The translations under genes and the position numbers were made by a program. The notes beneath the pieces are model-generated. The model saw only the letters and a list, made by a program, of their open reading frames with translations. It was not told the origin of the DNA and ran no database searches. Of a stretch of DNA of 64,000 nucleotides, positions 17,099 through 25,908 are shown piece after piece. Every line of letters starts with the position of its first letter. Position 1 is the stretch's first letter. The stretch comes from Eubacteriales bacterium (GTDB taxonomy: Bacteria; Bacillota; Clostridia; Oscillospirales; SIG627), in NCBI GenBank assembly GCA_045660745.1, contig JAZREJ010000014.1, positions 10,342-74,341 of the forward strand, read 5' to 3'.

Positions 17099-18397
17099 AT
17101 GGGACTTATTAAGGCAGCATTCGGAGCAATCGGCGGAACACTTGCCGACCAGTGGAAGGAATTCTTTTACTGTGAATCACTTGATAATGACGTTTTGATG
17201 GTAAAAGGACAGAAAAAGATAGGTAACCGTTCATCAAACACAAAAGGAAGCGACAACGTAATATCCAACGGTTCAGGCATCGCAGTGGCAGACGGCCAAG
17301 CAATGATGATCGTTGAGCAAGGCAAGATAGTTGAATTCTGCGCTGAACCCGGTGAATATACATATGACAAATCCACCGAACCCAGCATCTTTACAGGAAG
17401 CCTCGGAACAGGCATAAAGGACACCTTCAAGACCCTTTGGAAGCGTTTCACCTACGGCGGTGACACAGGCAAGGATCAAAGAGTTTACTATTTCAACACC
17501 AAAGAAATAATGGGAAACAAGTATGGCACAGCCACTCCCATTCCCTTCCGTGTAGTTGTAAACGAACAGATGGGCTTAAAACTTTCGGTAGACATCAGAT
17601 GTAACGGTGAATACACCTACAAGATGACTAACCCACTTCTTTTCTACACCAATATTGCAGGAAATGTTTCCGATGAATACACAAAGGATAACTGGGAGGA
17701 CATTCTTCGTTCAGAACTTCTCTCGGCACTTCAGCCCGCTCTTGCTAAGGTGTCGGCAGAACAGATAGAATACTATGAGCTCCCCGCTCACACAACCGAA
17801 ATAAGAAACGCTCTTATCGAGGTCCTCCGTCCCGATTGGACCGAGACCCGCGGCATCGAGCTATTTAAGCTCACCATCAACTCTCTCTCCATCCCCGATG
17901 ATCAAAGAAAGAAGATAACCGAATGGGAAGAGACTGCTATGACCACAAATGCGGCCGTTGCAGGCGCAAGAGTCGTAGGGGCACAGACGGACGCCATGAG
18001 GACCGCAGCAGGCAATCAGAACGGTGCGATGACAGGCTTTATGGGCATGGGCATGGCAATGAATGCAGGTAGCAACGCACAAAATCTCTTTGCTATGGGT
18101 CAGCAGACACCTGCACAAGCCCCCGCTTCTCCTAGCGCTTGGACCTGTTCCTGTGGCAAAGTAAATGAGGGTAAATTCTGTGAGGAATGCGGTGCAAAGA
18201 AGCCCGAAGCCTCCGCAAAGGACTCATGGAAGTGTACTTGCGGCAACGTTAACTCAGGACGTTTCTGCTCCGAGTGCGGTGCAAAGAAGCTCGCTTACAA
18301 ATGTGACAAGTGCGGATGGAAGCCAGAAGACCCGAATAATCCCCCAAAGTTCTGCCCTGAGTGCGGAGACCGTTTCAATGAAGGAGATGTTGAATAA
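17099..18397 (+). CDS. SPFH-like ('virion core protein-like', YdjI-type) protein with three C-terminal zinc ribbons
   Basis: Trimmed to MGLIKAAFGAIGGTLADQWKEFF (AGGAG 8 nt upstream). It has a Gly/Ala/Met/Gln-rich linker followed by three zinc ribbons: CSCGKVNEGKFCEECG, CTCGNVNSGRFCSECG and CDKCG..FCPECG. Confidence 0.7.
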   Translation: MGLIKAAFGAIGGTLADQWKEFFYCESLDNDVLMVKGQKKIGNRSSNTKGSDNVISNGSGIAVADGQAMMIVEQGKIVEFCAEPGEYTYDKSTEPSIFTGSLGTGIKDTFKTLWKRFTYGGDTGKDQRVYYFNTKEIMGNKYGTATPIPFRVVVNEQMGLKLSVDIRCNGEYTYKMTNPLLFYTNIAGNVSDEYTKDNWEDILRSELLSALQPALAKVSAEQIEYYELPAHTTEIRNALIEVLRPDWTETRGIELFKLTINSLSIPDDQRKKITEWEETAMTTNAAVAGARVVGAQTDAMRTAAGNQNGAMTGFMGMGMAMNAGSNAQNLFAMGQQTPAQAPASPSAWTCSCGKVNEGKFCEECGAKKPEASAKDSWKCTCGNVNSGRFCSECGAKKLAYKCDKCGWKPEDPNNPPKFCPECGDRFNEGDVE

Positions 18398-18399
18398 AA

Positions 18400-19470
18400 A
18401 TGGCGCTCTTACAGGATTACAAGTGTCCTAACTGCGATGGTGCGGTGGAATTTGACGCTGCCGAGCAGGTTATAAAATGTCCGTGGTGCGGAACCGAATT
18501 TGACGTTGCGGTATTCGCAGCCGACCCCGAATGCGAGGCTCCGGACAGCATGGAGTGGGAATCAGCCTCTGACGGAGAATGGAAGGACGAGGACGGTGCT
18601 TACCGATTCGTATGTAACTCCTGCGGAGGTGAAATAATCACCGATGAAACCACAGCCTCCACTCGCTGTCCCTGGTGCGACAACCCCGTAGTTATGGCAG
18701 GACGCGTTTCGGGAGAACTTAAACCCGATTTTGTAATCCCCTTCAAGCTTGATAAAAATGCGGCAAAGGAAGCACTGAGGAAACACGTTTCCTCAAAAAA
18801 GCTCGTTCCCAAGGTATTCAAGGATGAGAACAAGATAGAAGAGATACGTGGCATCTACGTTCCGTTCTGGATATATGATACGGACGCCAAGGCAAACATC
18901 CGCTATAAGGCAACACGTGTCAGAATGTGGAGCGACTCCCGCTACAACTACACAGAGACCTCATACTACTCTGTAATCAGAGGGGGCACTCTCGGCTTTA
19001 ACAAAATACCGATCGATGCCTCATCAAAGCTTGCAAACGACATCTCAGAATCCATTGAGCCGTTTGATTTTTCGGATGCGGTGGATTTTGAGTCGGCATA
19101 TCTTGCAGGATATCTTGCCGACAAATACGACGTGCCGTCCATCGAATGCGAGCCGCGTATAAACGACAGAGTAAAGAGAAGTGTTGAGGACGCCTTCCGT
19201 TCAACAGCTGTCGGTTACTCCACACTCACCACCGAAGCATCCAGCGTACAGCTTCACGACCCGAAGGTAAAATATGCACTGTATCCCGTTTGGATTCTCA
19301 ACACAAAATGGGAAGGCAACACCTACACGTTTGCCATGAACGGTCAGACTGGTAAATTTGTCGGAGACCTTCCTCTTGACAAAGGTGCTTGGTGGCGCTG
19401 GTTCCTCGGTGTGTCGGGAATAGCATCGGCTGTAGCTGTTGCAATTTCCGCTCTGACCTTCTTTATTTGA
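18400..19470 (+). CDS. zinc-ribbon membrane-anchored protein (YdjG-like)
   Basis: It has two N-terminal zinc ribbons, CPNCDGAVEF..CPWCGTEF and CNSCGGEII..CPWCDNPV. A C-terminal TM helix reads WWRWFLGVSGIASAVAVAISALTFFI. It starts 2 nt after the upstream stop. Confidence 0.65.
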   Translation: MALLQDYKCPNCDGAVEFDAAEQVIKCPWCGTEFDVAVFAADPECEAPDSMEWESASDGEWKDEDGAYRFVCNSCGGEIITDETTASTRCPWCDNPVVMAGRVSGELKPDFVIPFKLDKNAAKEALRKHVSSKKLVPKVFKDENKIEEIRGIYVPFWIYDTDAKANIRYKATRVRMWSDSRYNYTETSYYSVIRGGTLGFNKIPIDASSKLANDISESIEPFDFSDAVDFESAYLAGYLADKYDVPSIECEPRINDRVKRSVEDAFRSTAVGYSTLTTEASSVQLHDPKVKYALYPVWILNTKWEGNTYTFAMNGQTGKFVGDLPLDKGAWWRWFLGVSGIASAVAVAISALTFFI

Positions 19471-19480
19471 GGTGAGGGAT

Positions 19481-20152
19481 ATGAAAAAGATAATAATATT
19501 TTTCATTGTTATTCTTGCTCTGTCTGTCACGGCAAGTGCTGAATATCTGTATGACAACGAAGGACTGCTCACACAAAGCGAAGCCGAAGAGATAGAAACG
19601 CTTCTTGAAAAAGCAGTCGAAAAGGCTGATATGCCAATCATCATAGTAACGTCGGACAGCTACGGTTACGATATCAAAAGCTTCGCCGAAGAATGTGTGC
19701 GTAAATACAATGATGCCGCTCTTCTTGTCGCAAGCGATGCAAATGATGAATGGTACCTGCATACAGTGGGACGTGCCGATGACATTTACGATATTGATGC
19801 TCTTCTTGAACAAATACTCCCATACCGTCAAAGCGGCGATTACTACACAGCATTCAAAACTTTTGCAAAAGAATGCCATGAAGGAGCAAAGCTCCCTCTC
19901 ATGAGAATACTAATCCCTATCATATTAGGCCTCGTTATAGGTCTTATCACGGTTAGTATCATGAAGAGCTCTCTTAAAACAGTCCGATACAAGAGCGGTG
20001 CTGAGGATTATGTAAAGAGCGGAAGCCTCAATATCACGGCAAGCCACGACAGATTTTTATGGAAAAACATAACTCGTGTACGCCGTCAGAACAACAATTC
20101 TTCAGGTGGTCGAAGCGGAAGTCCATCGCGTGGCTCGGGCAGAAAATTCTGA
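19481..20152 (+). CDS. TPM domain-containing membrane protein (YdjH-like)
   Basis: Signal peptide MKKIIIFFIVILALSVTASA, a TPM-like YLYDNEGLLTQSEAEEIETLLEKAVEKADMPIIIVT segment, a TM helix ILIPIILGLVIGLITVSI and a Gly/Ser/Arg-rich tail. Confidence 0.7.
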   Translation: MKKIIIFFIVILALSVTASAEYLYDNEGLLTQSEAEEIETLLEKAVEKADMPIIIVTSDSYGYDIKSFAEECVRKYNDAALLVASDANDEWYLHTVGRADDIYDIDALLEQILPYRQSGDYYTAFKTFAKECHEGAKLPLMRILIPIILGLVIGLITVSIMKSSLKTVRYKSGAEDYVKSGSLNITASHDRFLWKNITRVRRQNNNSSGGRSGSPSRGSGRKF

Positions 20153-20206
20153 TAAATCCGAATGCCGTACATAACGCTTATCAATAAAGTTTGCAGATAA
20201 ATTAAT

Positions 20207-20247
20207 ATGCACCCCAAAGTTAAACACTTTTGGAGTGCATATTTTTT
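20207..20247 (+). terminator. intrinsic terminator of the SPFH/zinc-ribbon/TPM operon
   Basis: Stem ATGCACCCCAAAG/CTTTTGGAGTGCAT (one mismatch) followed by ATTTTTT. Confidence 0.7.
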
Positions 20248-20291
20248 ATGTGCTGAATTTTTCGAAGTATGCTATACTGCAACCTTCTCTT

Positions 20292-22370
20292 TTAGTGTTC
20301 CGTGCCCTCAAGTCTCGGAATCTCCTCACGCAGAATACGTTCCGTAACACCGAGCTTCCACTCGAGATTTGCGCGATGCCCCATGTAATCCATGCTCGGC
20401 TCAAAGCCAAGACGGGAATCAAAATCAACAAGCGGGAAAGTGGCATACACATTCAGAATCTCCTCTTCCGCAATGGCGCGCAGAGTTTCCAGATGCTCTT
20501 TGCGATCTCCTTCGCCATGTGCAATTGCCATTTTCTCCTTATACCAGCGTCTTAAATGATGAGACGTGAGGAAGGTACGCCCCATAAACTCAGCAACGCC
20601 TACGATTCGCGTTGCCTCGTCGCGCTTATGCTCGGGGAGTTCCGACAACAGATTTCTCAAAAGCCCCGCACCCTCCAGCATACGCTCTGCACAAATGCGT
20701 GAGGCATCTATCTCAAGGTCAAAAATCTCGCGCTCGCGTGGGTCAAGGAGTTCTTTATCGGTTTTGTAAAAAGGGATACATATCCTGTTACCGCCACGGT
20801 GTGAGCCCTCAACACGCGGCAATTCGATATCCTCATCATCAAAAAGCACCAGCGGATAGGCAGGTCCTATGCGTAATGGACCGTATTGCTCTCGTATACC
20901 CGTAATGATATTATAAACACCTTCGTCAAAAAGAGTGTAGGCTCTCCTAACGGCTGTCAGATTCTCCTCTCCCCAATCGCGTACAATCAAACGGTTCAAA
21001 ATCGTCTCACCGTCAGGATCGGTCTCGGTAAAATATGCCTTGGCAAGCTCGGAGATAAAGGAAGGGTAAAAACCGTAGTGGTGGCTTTCCATTGATCCGC
21101 AAAGTCCGTATTTTTCGTGGCAGTCACGAATGTGGCGGTACCTCTCCGACCATACTCCCGGAGCAGGCTCATACGGCACAACACCCACATCCCAAGTAAG
21201 CCCTCCCGCGTTTGTCATAGAGTAAAGCGGAATACCTCTCCGTGCGGCGGCATCTGCCTCGCTAAGAAAATACTTACCGGGGTACGGGAATGATGCAGTA
21301 TAATCGGTTGAGCGTGTGGGAACACCCAAGCGCTCTCCGTCTTCAAACATTTCAAAGGTGACTTCAAGACTTATATCGCGAGGAAGTCTGTCAATAAGAG
21401 CAAGGCGGTCTGCCTCGTCGCAATATCCCCAGTTATACGTCCAAAACACAATGTCGGCGTCACATCGCTCGCGGCGAATGATTTTCTTTATCATGTCAAG
21501 CCACACGGGATAGTCAAAGCACGGAAACCACCCCGGGTTCGGCTTGCCGATAAGCTGTTTACCATCGGGACCTATGTTGTCAAGACGGAGCATTCCCGAG
21601 GTACGGGGGTCTTTACTCGGAAACTCCACACTTTCTCCTACTAGCACTACCCCCTTAAAGCCGGGACACTTGCGGAACAGATTACCGTAAAGGCTGTCAT
21701 AAAACTCCTCGGCACCCTCATCGTCGGGATGAAGTCGGCTTTTCATATAACTGTAAGCATACACGTCAAGTCCGAAGCGCTCGGCACGTGCAATGAGTTC
21801 GTTGAAGCTGAATGAATGCGTAGGCGAACTGTCAACGTCACATACAAAAACCAATATTGCATTGACACCGCTGTGCGCAATGGCATTCAGGTGCTCATCA
21901 GGATAATTATCCTCGGCATAACCCGAATGAACCATACGGCATCGCATAATTGGACGGCGCTCGTTTCTGCCGAGGCTAAGATAGGGCGCTTCCTCGAAAT
22001 TTATAAGATCCTCCAAGAGATAACTTGCCTGTGCCACGGCACGCTCGTCACGTCCCGTCAGACGCACTGCATTCTCTTGAACCTCAACACAATACGCTCC
22101 CTCTCCCTCGAGAGATGCGTCGATTTCATAAGTGATCGTGTTCCCTTTTCTGTTTTCACAAACTACAGTAAGGTCAACTCCCATAGAAACGGAAAAATAA
22201 TCCTTAAGATCCAATGCAACGCGGTCAAGTAAGCCTTTGTCATCGGGTGCAATGATGCTCCACTCCGACGTAATCTCAATCTGTCCCTCGTGCATTTGCT
22301 TATCCATTCTTCTGTTTGGACGATGCACCTGAAGCATACGCTTTTGAAAGTCGTACATTTGTTCTGCCAT
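20292..22370 (-). CDS. uncharacterised 692-aa protein, possibly glycoside-hydrolase-like
   Basis: Long intact ORF with no signal peptide. An N-terminal about 130-aa module (ITYEIDASLEGEGAYCVEVQENAVRLTGRDERAVAQASYLLEDLI) resembles the small alpha/beta N-domains of GH20/GH89-type enzymes. The rest is unassigned. Confidence 0.3.
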   Translation of the reverse strand: MAEQMYDFQKRMLQVHRPNRRMDKQMHEGQIEITSEWSIIAPDDKGLLDRVALDLKDYFSVSMGVDLTVVCENRKGNTITYEIDASLEGEGAYCVEVQENAVRLTGRDERAVAQASYLLEDLINFEEAPYLSLGRNERRPIMRCRMVHSGYAEDNYPDEHLNAIAHSGVNAILVFVCDVDSSPTHSFSFNELIARAERFGLDVYAYSYMKSRLHPDDEGAEEFYDSLYGNLFRKCPGFKGVVLVGESVEFPSKDPRTSGMLRLDNIGPDGKQLIGKPNPGWFPCFDYPVWLDMIKKIIRRERCDADIVFWTYNWGYCDEADRLALIDRLPRDISLEVTFEMFEDGERLGVPTRSTDYTASFPYPGKYFLSEADAAARRGIPLYSMTNAGGLTWDVGVVPYEPAPGVWSERYRHIRDCHEKYGLCGSMESHHYGFYPSFISELAKAYFTETDPDGETILNRLIVRDWGEENLTAVRRAYTLFDEGVYNIITGIREQYGPLRIGPAYPLVLFDDEDIELPRVEGSHRGGNRICIPFYKTDKELLDPREREIFDLEIDASRICAERMLEGAGLLRNLLSELPEHKRDEATRIVGVAEFMGRTFLTSHHLRRWYKEKMAIAHGEGDRKEHLETLRAIAEEEILNVYATFPLVDFDSRLGFEPSMDYMGHRANLEWKLGVTERILREEIPRLEGTEH

Positions 22371-22452
22371 TTCACAGTCCTCCGTTTCGGATATTTAAGT
22401 TTACAAGGCTTTTTGTAAAAGATCGATACGAAAAAACGTACCGATCTCTTTT

Positions 22453-23193
22453 TTACTCAAGTATATCGCTTGTGATGTAGTCAACACCCATTTCGGCAAG
22501 AGCTTCACCGTCGGGCACAAGATCGACCGTCCAACAGTTTACCTCTATTCCTTCGCTGTGAAGAAGGTCTATTGCCTCCTTATCGAGGGAATTGAATGCA
22601 ATATCAAGGTCAAGACGATGTGCGCGAAGCTTGGCAATAAGGCTTGCATCCACCTTTGCACCCGTAAGGTACTGAATCTTTGCTTCGGGAAGAATATCAC
22701 GCAGAATAACGCAGTTTTCATACACAAAGGAGATAAATATCATTGAATCAAGGTATTCAAGATTTCTTATTATCTCAACCATTCTTTCAATATCTTCACG
22801 GGAAAATTCATTCTTAAGCTCTAAGATACACGCCTTACCGTATTTTTTACAAATCGAAATATATTCCGCGAGAAGAGGAACTCTTATGTCGCGTCTTATT
22901 GTACTTCCGTCAAGGTCGGGAAGAACAACGTCTCGAAAATCCGCATAGCTGCACTTTTCAACGTTAATATCGCAGCTCTTATTTGACACCCTTGTCAGAG
23001 TCTCGTCATGCACCACAACGAAAACTCCGTCGGACGTTTTATGTACGTCGGTCTCAATTCCAAAATAGCTTCTGTTAGCCGCGGCAATAAATGCGGGACA
23101 GGTATTCTCTCTTTCAACCGCACTGAGTCCGCGATGGGCTACCATCTTTACATTTCTTTTGTTGATTTTAATGGAATCGTTAAACTTAAACAT
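22453..23193 (-). CDS. glycerophosphodiester phosphodiesterase family protein
   Basis: GDPD motifs are present: VAHRGLSAVERENTCPAF, GIETDVHKTSDGVFVVVHDETL. Confidence 0.85.
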   Translation of the reverse strand: MFKFNDSIKINKRNVKMVAHRGLSAVERENTCPAFIAAANRSYFGIETDVHKTSDGVFVVVHDETLTRVSNKSCDINVEKCSYADFRDVVLPDLDGSTIRRDIRVPLLAEYISICKKYGKACILELKNEFSREDIERMVEIIRNLEYLDSMIFISFVYENCVILRDILPEAKIQYLTGAKVDASLIAKLRAHRLDLDIAFNSLDKEAIDLLHSEGIEVNCWTVDLVPDGEALAEMGVDYITSDILE

Positions 23194-24688
23194 TATCGTT
23201 CTCCTTCAAAATATTTATCCAATACGCAGGAGTACAGCTCCACGCGTGGCAGGCACTGTTTATCTCGGCGGCGTTATATGGCGACTCAAAATCATTTTGA
23301 GGATTAAATATCTCAGGACAGGTATCAAAGCCCGCTTCGGCTATTTTTCCCCATATATTCTTTATCACCTCAAGTGCCTTCTCGCAAAGTCCGACACTCA
23401 CAAGAGCCTCTATGTAATAGTGTATCATATAAGGAGTCCGAGGCGTATATTCGGTATCAAGAGTATCAAGTCCTTCAAGCAAGCTACAGCTTTCTTCAAG
23501 TGTCAAAACACCCGACAAGACTCCCCATATCTGAGAATGTACCGATATCTGTCCTGACGGAGCAGTGAAGGCTCCGTTTTTATAAAGGATCAAAAGCTGA
23601 GCGCTTCTCTTTTCACGCTCTTTTGTAATACTGTCATGCTTTTTGCCTAATATTTTTGATATTTCTTCAAGCTGTCTGAGTGTATAGATAAACACTCCAA
23701 GCAATGCACAGCTCTTATCAAGCCCGGGGCACCAGTCAATAAAGCTGCCTTCCGCAACACTCTGAAAATCTCTGTCCAGCCTTTCCGAAACGATATCTGC
23801 CTGATCCTTTGCGATATCATATATCTCACGCAAAAGGGACTTATCCTCGGTTGCCACGTAATAGTCATAAATACAGGAAATAAGAAAGAGTGAATAATCT
23901 GCAAACGTCCATTCGAGTCGATATGGCGGAGAATCGGGATAAACGCAGGGCACCACTTCCCCGTTTGAATTAAGGTATCCCGCAAAAAGGTATATGCACC
24001 TTTTTACAAGGTCAATATTTTTAAAGGTCTTGTAATCGACAAGCGCCTGAAGTCTGAGGTCCCCTATCCAAAGACGTCTGTCACGCTTCGGACCGTCCTC
24101 AAACACATCTTGCTCACAGTCCCTGAGTGTCAGTAAAGACATTTCATATATTTTATCAAGCAACGTGTCTCCCGTGCTGAGCACAGGAGCGTCTTTAATA
24201 TCGACCGCCGAAACGCTCTTGACAAAAATATCGTTTATCTCTATCGGGAAGGCAGCCGAATCAAGCCTTTTTATCTTTAAAAATCTAAAGGAGTAACGTC
24301 TTTCAAGTGTGATTGAGGCAGGAGTGAATATCGCAGTTCTCTCCTCTCTTTGAAGCCATCCGCTTCCGAGCAATCCCTCGTAATTCTCCTTCTCTATCTC
24401 AAGCGGAAACTCCCCGAAGTAAAAACCAAGCCTTACGGGAGAATCGGATATATTACCATCAGGACAAACAAGCGAAAAGGAAAGATATCCTACCGTATGC
24501 TCGCCGAAATCAAGTATTATCTCATCCCCCGACGAAATACGTATTTTTTCACTAAAGTCGTTTACATGCTCAGTGCAAAGACCCTGAAAACTAGACTCCT
24601 CTTTTTTTATACGAACGATTGCCGCAGGGCAGACAGTCCTTGTCTTTAATTCTTTTTTTAACTTTTCAGCCTCTTTTATAAAATTCAT
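23186..24688 (-). CDS. six-hairpin glycosidase, alpha-L-rhamnosidase (GH78)-like
   Basis: GPKRDRRLWIGDLRLQAL resembles the rhamnosidase catalytic-domain motif, and the C-terminal ...SACHAWSCTPAYWI matches too. No signal peptide. Recalled homology only. Confidence 0.5.
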   Translation of the reverse strand: MNFIKEAEKLKKELKTRTVCPAAIVRIKKEESSFQGLCTEHVNDFSEKIRISSGDEIILDFGEHTVGYLSFSLVCPDGNISDSPVRLGFYFGEFPLEIEKENYEGLLGSGWLQREERTAIFTPASITLERRYSFRFLKIKRLDSAAFPIEINDIFVKSVSAVDIKDAPVLSTGDTLLDKIYEMSLLTLRDCEQDVFEDGPKRDRRLWIGDLRLQALVDYKTFKNIDLVKRCIYLFAGYLNSNGEVVPCVYPDSPPYRLEWTFADYSLFLISCIYDYYVATEDKSLLREIYDIAKDQADIVSERLDRDFQSVAEGSFIDWCPGLDKSCALLGVFIYTLRQLEEISKILGKKHDSITKEREKRSAQLLILYKNGAFTAPSGQISVHSQIWGVLSGVLTLEESCSLLEGLDTLDTEYTPRTPYMIHYYIEALVSVGLCEKALEVIKNIWGKIAEAGFDTCPEIFNPQNDFESPYNAAEINSACHAWSCTPAYWINILKENDNV

Positions 24689-25245
24689 TTTATCATACCA
24701 ATTACTTTTTCAAGAATTTCAGAGTCTATTTGACCTCGTGCGTAGGTCACAAATTCGCCATCGGCATTTATAAAAAGTGTCATTGGAATACTTGTTACTC
24801 CATAGGTGTATGCCGCAGAAAGGTCAGTGTCAAAATAAATCGGGAACGTGAAATCAGTGCTCTCAAGATACGACCTTGCAACACTGACAGTCTCTTGTGC
24901 GCCGTCGGTCATGTTGACCATCATGAACACCACTTCTTCGCCGTGCTTTTTATAGGTTTCCTCAAAATCCGGGAGCTCGGCTTTACAGGGGGGACACCAG
25001 CTCGCCCAAAAATTTACAACAACCGGTTTGCCCTTCATATCCGAAAGCTTTACTGCGTTGCCATCCGTATCGTACACCGTAAAATCGGGAGCAGTATAAT
25101 CGGTATCTTTTTGCGAATCGTCCTCATTAACGGGAACAAGTATGTCGGGCGCATAGTCATCCGACAAATGACGGTACAAAACGGTAACTCCCACAATGAG
25201 AGCCGTCATCACTGCCAAAATTATAAGCCATGAATACTTTTTCAT
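24685..25245 (-). CDS. TlpA/ResA/StoA-type membrane-anchored thiol-disulfide oxidoreductase
   Basis: N-terminal TM anchor and a thioredoxin motif VVNFWASWCPPCKAELP. Confidence 0.88.
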   Translation of the reverse strand: MKKYSWLIILAVMTALIVGVTVLYRHLSDDYAPDILVPVNEDDSQKDTDYTAPDFTVYDTDGNAVKLSDMKGKPVVVNFWASWCPPCKAELPDFEETYKKHGEEVVFMMVNMTDGAQETVSVARSYLESTDFTFPIYFDTDLSAAYTYGVTSIPMTLFINADGEFVTYARGQIDSEILEKVIGMIK

Positions 25246-25248
25246 ATC

Positions 25249-25908
25249 TCACTCTAAAAACACAATAAGTCTTCCGAGATATCCCGTCATCATAAGAACA
25301 CCGACAAAGATGAGGAGCCCTCCGCAAACAGTATTTATTACGTTATAATGCCTTTTGATAACATTGAACGCACCCTTTAATTTATCAATGAGAAGCGCAC
25401 TTGCAATATACGGTATCCCGAGTCCCGCCGAATAAACAAGAAGCATCAAAATTCCCTTTGCCACGCTTCCCTGTTGAGACGCAAGCATGAGTGCCGAACC
25501 GAGGAAGGCTCCGACGCAAGGAGTCCAACCTATTGAAAACACCATGCCGAATAGGGTTGAAGAAAAGAATCCAAGAGTTCTTTTGCCACCTATTTTAAAT
25601 CCCTTCAGAAAGTTTAAGCAAAACACTCCCATAAAACTCAGTCCGAAAAATACAACGATTAGTCCCGTCACGATATTTACAGCCGTCTTCCATCTTATAA
25701 GGAAGGCTCCGAGAGTTCCCGCCGCCGCGCCCAACGCAATAAATACAAGAGTAAAGCCGAGTACGAATCCGAGTGCATTTTTAAGAGTCTTTGACGTGCG
25801 GGATTCCTCTACTCCCGCAAAAAATGAAACGTATATGGGGAGCATGGGAAGCATACAGGGAGAGACAAACGTTATTATCCCCTCAAGAAAGGTGATAAAA
25901 TATATCAT
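25249..25908 (-). CDS. ccdA: cytochrome c biogenesis protein CcdA (DsbD-family transmembrane electron transporter)
   Basis: 6-TM protein with conserved Cys motifs FVSPCMLPMLPIY and GWTPCVGAFLG. Confidence 0.88.
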   Translation of the reverse strand: MIYFITFLEGIITFVSPCMLPMLPIYVSFFAGVEESRTSKTLKNALGFVLGFTLVFIALGAAAGTLGAFLIRWKTAVNIVTGLIVVFFGLSFMGVFCLNFLKGFKIGGKRTLGFFSSTLFGMVFSIGWTPCVGAFLGSALMLASQQGSVAKGILMLLVYSAGLGIPYIASALLIDKLKGAFNVIKRHYNVINTVCGGLLIFVGVLMMTGYLGRLIVFLE

